A DNA stretch of 56,804 bases, filler included, from Sphacelaria rigidula (taxonomy: Eukaryota), in the NCBI GenBank assembly GCA_964200075.2. It is 3 parts of 3 records of this genome, joined end to end, with 100 filler letters (N's around TTAATTAATTAA, not from the genome) between each part and the next. Parts side by side here need not be neighbours in the genome. Positions count along the whole stretch, not along the records: positions 37,943 to 56,804 come from CAXNAA020000774.1; 2 more parts are not named here. The stretch is one strand, 5' to 3'. The notes under the pieces were generated by a model. That model searched no databases. It was not told where the DNA came from and saw only the letters and a list, made by a program, of their open reading frames with translations. How positions within the stretch are numbered: the stretch's first letter is position 1; every line of letters starts with the position of its first letter. Position numbers and translations under genes: made by a program. This document shows positions 46,716 to 56,804 of this stretch, piece after piece.

Positions 46716-48227
46716 GTGATAGTGACAAATTCGGCGCGCCCATTTTCTTCTACCTCGGCTCGGTCACTAGCTGCCGCCGCCGCAGCCAAACAACAAGCTG
46801 CCGCTGATAAAGCCGCTTCCGATACTCGTAGAGAAGCATCTCCTGTCGCTGCAATCAAGCGTGAGTACTTACAGATGGATGTTGAAAAACTCTGGCATAT
46901 CAAAACCATGCCTGCTGCAGACAATAAGGACTCTGGTCAGTTTACATCCGCTCTCATTTCCTCAATGCGTCGAACTATGCGCAACGTCCTTGAGTTGGCC
47001 GACGCAACTGGACAACAACGTTCCGAAGACTCCGACTGGATTGATGGATGGCAAACCCCGTTACACAAGGCTTTGCATCGCTCAATCAACCGTCGCTCCC
47101 CTGACGTCGCTGCTTCCTTGACGCAGATTCTCGACTCCTTCTTCCCAGCAGTGGATCAAGATTGTGCCGGCGGGCAAACAGCGCCGCTACTATTCGGCAC
47201 TTTGGAAAGGCGCATCATAAGTTATTTTGATGAGTCCGATCAGGCAGGCTCCATCAAGCGCCTCAGCTCCTTCGCCATGGAAACAGGCGTGCCATTTGCT
47301 GACTACCTATGCGAATTCAAGCTTTTGGTGTCTAGTGTAACTGGTACTGGCCGACAGAATGGCCCTAGTGATGCGATGTGTCAGACTTATGTTCGCAATA
47401 GTATCGCTCAGCAATTTTCGACGCTGATGCCGTCTCTGTTTCCGGGCGCTTTGGCGCACAAGGAGGTGCCTTACGCCTCCGTAGACGCGACGTGGACTGC
47501 GTTTGTAAATCAAGAACATAATTTAACGCCTGCCATTTGTGGCACATAGTGTTCTTCTGGGTCTTCGCAGACCTCGCGTGCCGCATCCACGAGTACCTCC
47601 GGGTCTCGTTGACGCACTCACACTTTGTCCAGTAATACTTGGACACCCAACTCTGTCGGTGGATCGATCATGTCTGTTTATAGCAAAAAAGACCCCTTCC
47701 GAGCAAGCTTCGACGCTTGGCTTTATTCGGCAGATACTTTTGATGATGTTTACGTCGTTTCCACAACTGCTTTCATCACGGATGACCCACACTTGTGGAT
47801 CCCCTTGTTTTCGCCTTTGGCTCGAAAGGATGCTTTTCGTCGCCATGCTAACACATGCATCAATTGCAATGGTGCTGGCCACAGTATGCGTGACTGCCCT
47901 GAACCTTGCATCAATACTTTTTCGCTCATGAACCCTGAACTTCAGAGCAACGGGCCGGCGTGGCGCCGATGGCAAAAACGCATGCGCGAGTATCGTACAC
48001 CATCTCGCCATCATCGCCAGTCTTACCACAATCATAACGACTCTCGCTCAAATCGCGACCGCCGCCACACCACCACCACCGTCTCAGGTACTCGTCACAG
48101 AGATAGTTATTCCCGCCCTTCTCAGTCTTTGCATGGTCATCACCAGCGAACGGGGCCGAGTCACGACAACTCAAACCCCAATGCCAGAAACCCTGGTTCT
48201 TTTAAGACGGATCGTAACGACCCATGA
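46716..48227 (+). pseudogene. gag: Gag-like region with zinc knuckle
   Basis: Two same-frame ORFs split by TAG at 47547-47549; capsid-like segment (FADYLCEFKLLV) and CINCNGAGHSMRDC (CX2CX4HX4C). Confidence 0.85.
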
Positions 48228-48242
48228 CACGCCGACGACGGC

Positions 48243-51200
48243 GTGAAGTCTTCGGCGCCGCCGATAGCAGAATCGAAGACTCATCCAACACACACCGCCA
48301 CTCGGACGACAAAACGTTCTCACCCAAACTCTTCAACACTATGTAGGAGATCTAATGACGGCCGTTCTTCTCGACCCCCGTCTCTATCTTCATACACACA
48401 GCGTAACCGTTGTGTTGACCCACCACCCAGCTCTATGCTTGGCTCCAGACTTGGTCCTCCGGAACTAAGTATAAATCTGAGGTGTGGGAAGACCGACCGC
48501 GGACCCTTGAGGCACAGACTTCCCTCAACGACCGCACGCACCGGTTGTAGCAGACTTCCTTCAACTGGTTCTGGTATTGATGGTTTGAAACTGATCACTT
48601 CAAAACCTTCGACCCCTACCCAGCCTGATCGCAGTCGTTCTTCGCGCCACCCTTCTGCCGCGAAACTACCCCGGCATACAAGGGACAACACTCGTCCCCT
48701 TTCACATTTAGCAATGCCCTTTGTACCGAGCTTGCCAGCGGACAGTCCACAAGTTTCGGCCGAGCATGCCCCGATGCTGACAACATCACCTCAGCTGCAC
48801 GCAGGTGCAGTTTCCCAAGAAGTCTTGGAAGTTCCCAGCCATTTGTCACGGCACGAGAGGAAGCCTCGTCGTCATACCCCCACGGAAGCGCGAGCATTGA
48901 CACGTCCCCCTCCCGTCAGCGGAAAATTCCGACCTCATTCTCCCCAAAAAGCGGTGACTTTGAGCTCGAGGACATTGCCAGGCATCCAAGAGGAATCCAA
49001 ACCGGACCTTTCAGACTGTACCGCTTCCTCCACTGATGACCCGCGTGGCAGTTCGCAGCAATCTATCTTCAATGATGACCCTTGTACTTCCAAGCCCGTC
49101 ATCTACGAGATTGATCAAAATCCTGATTCACGCTGCCCTTCACGATCGGATCACGCCCCCGCGCTGTCTACCGATACCTTCGAACCCCCCGCGGATCACC
49201 CCCCATCCGTCTTCACGGTCAGTCCGACTAATCCTGACCAATTCACGCTATCTGAACATGGCCCTGACCTCGTTGGTGGTAAGGTGTCCGTTGATCCTGC
49301 CACCTTCACTACCCGCGTAGCATTACACTACGGCCCTTACGCCACCACGTGCGCCAAGTGCGCCTCGTTGTTAGGCAGCGGTAGTCCACAAACATTCATC
49401 AAAGAATCCATGTGAAATCACATGAAGCAGACTAGCGCTGCTTCCGATGTTTGCGAAATCACCACCCAACCTCACGTTTGGGGCGGTTTCGGCGACTCCA
49501 AAACACCCTTGGCGACACGAAAATCTGTTCGTCTTAGTGTGCAATTTTTCCACAATGATACACGTTCGGCTAGTCTCGCAGTCTGGGCTTACATCGCCCC
49601 TGACAGCACCATGCATCATGCTCTCCTTCTTGGCAGAGATAGCTACATGCGGTTCGACCAACGTACATACCGCACCCTCCCACCATTTTCGCCGCGGTCG
49701 GCGCCTTGTGGAGAACTCCAACTAGAACACTTTGGTACCCTCAGTGGTGCCTTAGCCAACAAAAAGAATGAGCAGGCTACCGGAGCGGTCTACCATCTTC
49801 GGTACAATGGCAGTTCTGGCGTCACCCTTTCCGTCGAGCCTCAACTCTTGGAAGTTTTGCTTGTTCGCCGCAACTGTATGCCTACTCTCACCGGCCACTA
49901 CCTTGCGGAATTGCTGCCTAAAGTTGGTGCGCCCGCTGGCACTGAGCATTTTGTCTCGGACGGCGAACAACTCCTGCCTCTCACAGGCCATGCTAATTTG
50001 GAACCTGGCGATGTCTTGGGCATCGCCGCGGCTCCTCTTATGCACATTCCTCTGGACACCTGTGTAGCCGACCCTCCGGCGCCTGGTCCCACACCGCCGA
50101 CTGATGGTTTTGATCACTGCGTTAATGAGCCATACTTTGATCTATCCCCCTCACCCCCGACTCGGTTCCCTGCGGTGGAATCCGACCAACCACCTGCTGA
50201 ATCTCCTAATGAAGTGCTTCAACACTTATCGGTCAAGCCTCGGGAACACTTCCTGCAAATGTGGCACCAACTTCCACCTCATTTGCGTGATATCCATTTC
50301 GATCTACACGGTCCGGACTGGGAGCCCGCTGTCATCCAAGAGTTATAAGATGTTCTCCTGGAATATCAGGACAGATTTTTCCGATCCAAGACGGATCTCG
50401 GGCATTGTAAAACATTGTCATTCGAGATAACCCTGCAACCTGGCGTTTCGCCAATTTCATCTCGACCATATCGAACGAATCGCCTCGTCACCGAAAACGT
50501 CAAGGCTATTTTGGATGCATACTTAGGAGCTGGTCTTATTCAACACTCGTCTTTGCCATGGGCCTCACCCCTCGTTGTCGTCCCCAAAAAAGATGGCAAC
50601 ATACGCATTACCGTGAATCACAAACGGCTGAATCACGTCACTGTCGTGGGAAAACTCCCCATACCTCGCATCGATGAAGTCTTCGACTCTCACGGCGAAG
50701 GAAAAATATTCAGCACTTTCGATCTGGCATCAAGATTTTTCCAAAATGCAATTCACCCCGATACAGTTCCCTTGACAGCGTTCTGTACCTCTCCAGGGCT
50801 TTATGAATGATTTCGTATGCCACAAGGCGCTGCCACAGCACCTGGCTGCTTTCAGCGCCTCATGCAACGCGTTACTGACGGTCTCGAGCATGTTATCATG
50901 TATCTAGACGATGCTATCGCTTTTGATGCCTTCCCCAAGGCGCATGTTCGCACTCTACGGGAATTGCTCTCCCGCTTGCGTACACAAGACTTGAAATAGT
51001 CTCCATCCAAAGCTCGACTCGGAGCGACTGAATTGGATTTTTTGGGACACTATGTCTTTCCTGCTGGATTGCACCCAGACTCGAACAAGTCAAGGCCCAT
51101 GCCCATGCCCATGCCCACCAATATTTCGCGTCCCTGATATGCCCATCCTCACCAATATTTCGCAGCTGCGCTCGCTGTTGGGCGGACGTTCTTATTATCG

Positions 51201-54098
51201 CAAATGTTTGCCCAACTTGTCCACGCGAATCCGGCCCATTACCGATTTATTAAAGAGAAACGTCCCGTTTGTCTTCACTAAAGAAATGGAAGATACCGTC
51301 CGCGAATTGCTCAAAACACTGACCGAAAAACCGGTTCTTTGTTTTCCGGATTGGGATGCGGTACAAGACGGCTCACGTCTTTTCCAACTACACACCGATG
51401 CTAGCACAGACGGGTTCGGCGCAGTTTTGAATCAACCTCAACTGGATGGCTCTGTCCGACCTATTTTGTACATCAGCCGCGCAACCCTCCCAAACGAGGC
51501 AAACTGGAGTCCACTTGAACTAGAACGCGGAGTCATTACCTGGGCTATTAAACGGCTTCGACAGTACTTGTTCCACGTGCCTTTCAACATCTATACAGAT
51601 CACGGAGCTCTTGAACAACTCGCTAAGGTTGGAGAACATAACCCCCGCGTACAACGATGGCTGGAGTTCTCGACTGCTTACCAGTACACTGTTAAACACC
51701 GTCCGGGCAAAACCAACGGCAATGCTGACCTTCTTTCGCGCTTGCCTCTGCCCCCTACAATGGTAGATTTCAGTCCCGCTTGCCGCTTGACTGAACCTGA
51801 TGAACCAGGCGTCTACCCCATTCGGCGTTTTTCTCCGCCCATCTACGTGCTTGACCTGCAATGCCCTGAAACAGGTCTGCACATGGGGGGCCCCAGGCCT
51901 CTGCCCCCTAATGCATTTTTGGATGGCTTAGCGCCCACAGCTGCTGATTTTGCCGACTTCCGCGCTTTCGGCCCTCGCGCGAACATCTCGGCGCCGCCAC
52001 CACCAACTGTTCACCTCATCTTCGACAACACGCGTTCTCGGTCGGCAGCTCGTGCAAATTCTTCGCGTGCCGTGATACCAGCGCCGCGGTCGGCCGCTTC
52101 TAGCAATGCGTCGCCGCCGCCGCCTCGTGCCCCCACGAGCCGTACAACACCTACCACAACCGGTCGCGTGCCCAGTGTTGTACCGATAAAACCCGCGCCC
52201 CTTGTGCGCCCAACGCTACCCCCACGCCGCCTTCTGCGAATCCCCCTGCACCTGCGCCTCTGACTCGCGATACACATGCGTGCGATCCGCTTCCGGATCA
52301 AGATGTTGACGTCGGCACCCCTGCTTCCTCATCTGTGCCACCCCTTCCTGAGCCACCATGTTTGGTTGGCTCTCCGGCTGAAGGACATGGAAGCATCCAC
52401 GCGTTTTGGGATCCGACGATGTTTCAAATGTCAGGCTCGCAAAACCTCTCGACAGACTATACGATGGCCGGCGATTTCCATGGAACTCTCAAACGCTCCT
52501 GGTCACTCCGTATCGTTTGACTACTTCGGCCCTTTACCCATCCCTGACCATGGTAATACCTACATTCTGCTTTTCACCGATCGCTTCAGTCGTCACGCGT
52601 CTATGTACGCTGTTACTGCTAGCGATTTCACTGCCGCTGGCACAGCGGACATTCTCGTCCATGACTACATTAAGCACTATGGCTGCCCGAAACGGCTCCT
52701 CTCCGACAACGGTCAACAATTTTGCTCCGAACTCCCGGATGCTTTGTACAAGCTCCTCGGCATTCGTAAAATTGCCACGAGCGCCTGCCACCCTAACGGT
52801 ACCGGTGGAACTGAATGTGTGAACCACACTATGGCTCAAATGCTATTCATGGTCGTGAACGACCGCCAGAACAACTGGGACCTTCATCTTTTGCACGCCA
52901 TGCTGTCTTACAACAATTCAGTCAACGCGGCTACAGGCCTCTCGCTCAACGAGTTGCATCTTGGACGCTATCCTCGTCTGCTCGTCACCGCTTTCGAAAG
53001 ACATACCTTCGATGGTCACCAAGGCCTGGAACAGGATCAGATGTCCTACCAAAACCTCGCCAGGGCTCGTCAGCGCAAGGCTTTCACTTTGGTGCGCGAA
53101 CAACACGCTATCAACGCCTCACGCCTTGAAAGATCCAATACCGCCCTCTACAACTTGATGCACAAACGCCGTACTTGGAAAATCGGCGATTGGGTCTGGA
53201 TCTACAACATTTTGTCCACCATCCGTCAAGGCACTGACCGCACCGCCCATACAACAGTCTTGAAGACCGAACTGTCCCTTAATTGGACGGGTCCGTTCAA
53301 GATTATCATAGTAGGACCCTCGCCAACGTCTGCAGAAGGCAAGCCTGTTGGCGACAAACTCCTCTACCTCGATTTACCTCGTGACCTCCAGGGACATGAC
53401 GCTGAATCTCGCGTCTCTGTGCCTCGTTGCAAGCCTTGCATGAACCTGCATGACACTACTGACATGCTTCAATACCTGCCTGCAGTCCTCACTCAATACG
53501 TGCTCAACAGCTACTCAACAAATCTCCACCGTACCACGTTACCACCGATGACGTGACTGAACAAGCTCTCCGCTTGACCGTGTCCCACATTTCCGGCCAC
53601 CAAATCACTCGAGGTCCTGGCGGCAAAATTGCTGTTATGTACAAGACACATTGGCAAGGTCTTCGGCGTGCGTCTTGGGAATGCGAGTCCGACCTTCAAC
53701 TGCACCATCGTGCTATCCTTCTTTATTGGACGCAATCCCCACAGCAACTGCTCGCTGACAACAAGGGATATCGCTACATGAGACGCGTTGCTGCAGCCCG
53801 CGAACTCCACCAAAACAAAGGACTGCGTTTTGTAGCCGATGGTTACGAACTCGTACCCACCAAACAATGGGACGAAGCGGTTCTCGTAAAACATCGACCG
53901 CTCCCTAAAGATGCCTGTTTGTGGTATAAGGGCAGCGATTACCTCTGGTGGCTGGGCCAGATCCACTCCGCCGATGCCCTCGCGGCCGACAAGTACATCG
54001 TGCGTTCCCTCGACGACCCTGATCCCGTTCAGCTCAAACTTCGCCCCGATTTATACACGACTAGCCCCTCCGCACCCCGCGGTTCATGGTGCCTATAA
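48243..54098 (+). pseudogene. pol: Pol polyprotein (protease, RT, RNase H, integrase, chromodomain-like tail), disrupted
   Basis: LLGSGS (degenerate LLDSGS protease site) and LLGRD; SRPYR, WASPLVVVPKKDG, FSTFDL, MPQG, YLDD; LHTDAS, YTDH, NADLLSR; integrase DYFGP, DRFSR, LSDNG. Stops at 49415, 50348, 50810, 50999; frameshifts near 51100 and 53520. Confidence 0.93.
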
Positions 54099-54777
54099 CG
54101 CTTTAAGTCACACGGCCTACGCCGAGGCCTTCAGCACAATATCGATCGTACACACGACATCAATGCACCAGCTCGAGTCCTATCTCTTTGCATTCCCTTT
54201 ATCGCGATTTGTTTCTCCCTTCCCAGTTTGGTTTTGGTACTCCCCTTATCCCCACTCAGGTACGCTCTCCTCTTCACTACTTCACCTACTATGGCTCTCC
54301 TATCACGGCTCATCTCTGCCCTCATCGACCCCTTCGACGCCTTCCTTTGGATCCCCTTCGCCCCCTTCCATTGGCCCCTACGCTGCCACCACTTTGTCCG
54401 GCTGGCATTCAACCCTATTCGAGTCCTTGAGTTTCTGTTTCCCTGCTCAAGATTGCCACTGTGTCCTTTGCAAGGTTATCCTTCGCTTTTTATCTAGCTA
54501 GCACGTCAAGGCATTGTGTGCTTTTCCCGTCTGTTCGCTAGCTCGCAGCAGCATTGTGTGCCACTGCGCAGTCAACCGCAATCGCGTAATTGCGCTTTTT
54601 GAGGCACCTTTGGTTTTTCTCCTTTGAGGTGTGGGAGAATCGAGCGCGGGCTGGTCATTGCTCTCTTGGTTTTTTTCGCATTGTCTCCTCGTGACTTGGT
54701 GGGTGAGACAAGCCTCAATTTTAGTTGCTCTTGAGATTTCACCGCAACTCAAATAGAGGTTCGTCTGGGTGGGTGAA

Positions 54778-55269
54778 TGTCATGAGGAAGGAAGATAGAG
54801 AAGCGTTATTTGTTCCTCCAGACAGTTTTGGGGTAGCTTGACTTACAGATCATTCGATCTGTTCATGGGATTACTCCTATAGTTTTGGGGAAGGTTGGCA
54901 TGCAGACTTGCGTACCCTAGCCCCGAGGAGGAGGAACGCCTTCTCGGGTCTACGTCAGAGAGGCTGTGTTGCTTGCACCCTCGATCACTCTCTGAGCTGG
55001 GCCCTCTGCATCTACTGCTTACCTTCGGTGAGAACAGTACGCTAGGCGAGCAAGCGAATAATAAGCGAGAATAACACGACACCAAGCCGTCGAGCTCCTT
55101 TGTTTGTTTGCTACTGTTGACCAACAGTCGTGAGAACGTGTGTATGAATCACACACCTGCAGCTTGTTCTGCTCGGACACATTGCACCTTGTGCATTTTA
55201 CCAAGCTTGCAGCACATTGGCAAATACTCATCTAGGAAGGTGTGTGGAGCTTTTCATATTACAGGAACA
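54778..55269 (+). mobile_element. 3' LTR
   Basis: TGTCA start directly after the PPT and homology to the inverted copy at 37943-38510. The 3' end (..GGAACA) is approximate. Confidence 0.82.
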
Positions 55270-56589
55270 TTTCAGCTCCGTGTGTGCCTGCCGTGATTTT
55301 GAACGGAAAATGAAAAAATATTCTTTGTGATTGGTTTAAATTAATTGTCGCACTCTATCTGACCCCCCAAAGATCTAGCTGTGGTCGGATGAGAGTGGTA
55401 CCCGAGAAAAAATCAAATTGACACACTCGCTGAAGAAACAATTAAGAAACGGAAAATGTGAAACAGAACGAGTCGACTACGAAAGAAAAGAACGAAGAAG
55501 GGGGAAAAAAAAGAAGAAGAACAAATGGCCGGATCTGTCACATGGTTTCGTTGGAAAAGGTCTTGCCCAGAACACTCATACCCAGTCGTGGAAAACAAAA
55601 GGTCGTGGGAAACGATTGTGGCTCATCTACTACGACCGCACTTTTTAAAGTATGAACCCTCTTATCCACGGACAAACACGACGCAGGGAGGCCCACACTG
55701 TTCTGATATACACCAGCAGGATAAAGCATACACGAGCTGGGCCAGCAGTAAATCCCGCGTTCACTTTCCACACCACAACTTCTCAAGTTTTCCAAATCAG
55801 CGCGACTTGAGCATATCGCTGTTGACGGCAGACCAACCTGGTAACACACAGCACCGCCGCTGAATGAAGAAAACAAATGAAGAAACATATCAACGTGTTC
55901 TGCATGATATATGACCTTCAACTCTTGAAAGTCCTTTGAACTGTGTCGAAGTAGTTGAGAAAATCGAACTGTTCTGTTTTTACAACCAGACATTGTAAAT
56001 TTATGTGCATGTTGTTACGGTGACTTCTGTGCAGACGACAGTCAGTACAGTAGAGCAACGAAAGCTAGCTATGATCGAGTTGGCCTGCCGTACTGCCGAC
56101 GGCGTTGCTTGGAAGCCACAAGACCTTTGCGGTCGGTGGTTGATGGCGTGGGTGTCAAATGCAACGACGAGTGGTTGATCATAGAGCACTCTTGTCCATC
56201 GTGAATATCTCGTCCTAGCTTGTAATGCATGACCTCCTCACATCGGAATCAATTCTGGAAAGCTACTGTATCGCGGTATACACGCAACCAGTGTGTGCTC
56301 CAGACTGCAGCATGGAGGCCCTCCTACGCGCCACGCTAGCAACAGTCAGGTCACCACCATAGGTATCTTTCTTCACTCCGCATGTCAAAAAGATCTTCAC
56401 AAGTGTTTGATCTCTCATACACGCCCCCTAACTGGCGTGTGGCACGCTCTTGTTGTCGTGCACCCAGAGAGTCACATGTCGGGTAAAATCAACGATGAAT
56501 AACACCCCCTCCTCAGTTCAAATAGTTCAGCCTGGTCCGGCGAGAACCCGGCGTGCTCCGTCCCGGCTTTGTAGGGGCGGACCCCCGAT

Positions 56590-56804
56590 GGGGTTAACGT
56601 CGGTTGGCGATGACGCTTTAAAATACGCCACTCACTGCGTAAGCGAGGCAACCAGGTTACCGATTTGTTTTGCGCGTTTGCGTTTTTTTCTGGTAATCAT
56701 GATGGTGGTCGAGGTAGATCATGTTGTGCGGCGTGGGAAAACGTCAACTCCGCACAATGGGGATGATCGTACCACGTAGTGTTTACATGGCGAGACACCC
56801 ATGA
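56590..56804 (-). repeat. Interspersed repeat copy (inverted relative to about 17215-17432), runs off the window end
   Basis: The reverse complement aligns block by block with about 17215-17432. Confidence 0.8.

Larger units (their letters stand above)
44119..55269 (+). mobile_element. Decayed Ty3/Gypsy LTR retrotransposon (5' LTR not found; the element may begin near 42440)
   Basis: Domain order gag(CCHC)-PR-RT-RH-IN, polypurine tract GGGTGGGTGAA at 54767-54777 followed by an LTR starting TGTCA; several in-frame stops and frameshifts. Confidence 0.93.

Noticed and set aside
48225-48243. Programmed stop-codon readthrough between gag and pol
   Set aside because: The same frame contains several other stops from decay, so this TGA cannot be distinguished from a mutation.

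Overview
Eukaryotic, intron-rich genomic DNA, most likely a brown alga or related stramenopile (inferred from gene architecture and repeat content, not verified). Two artificial scaffold gaps (N44-TTAATTAATTAA-N44) split the window. Contents in order: (1) a minus-strand low-complexity ORF or terminal exon with Q16-E-Q31 and H9 tracts (764-~2044); (2) a fold-back MITE with TTA target-site duplication (3248-3728); (3) a plus-strand multi-exon MFS sugar-porter gene (about 6.6/8.4-16.2 kb) with two GC-AG introns and non-canonical sugar-binding residues; (4) a complete 16-exon SPB1/FTSJ3 rRNA 2'-O-methyltransferase gene (19839-34177, 1027 aa); (5) a repeat-rich region with an inverted LTR, a tRNA-derived fragment and a LINE tail; (6) a decayed Ty3/Gypsy LTR retrotransposon (about 44.1-55.3 kb) with an extra repeat-containing upstream ORF and an integrase tail carrying a chromodomain-like plus a Tudor-like module. 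The main finding, invisible in the ORF track, is that SPB1 is a snoRNA host gene. Intron 5 holds three U14 box C/D snoRNAs with a co-varying internal stem-loop. Intron 6 holds three U15-like double-guide snoRNAs against the LSU rRNA sites equivalent to yeast A2281 and G2288, with compensated non-canonical boxes (GUGAUUA/AUGA). A further duplicated, H/ACA-like structured element sits in introns 10 and 12. rRNA sequences and numbering are recalled from conserved eukaryotic rRNA, not searched.
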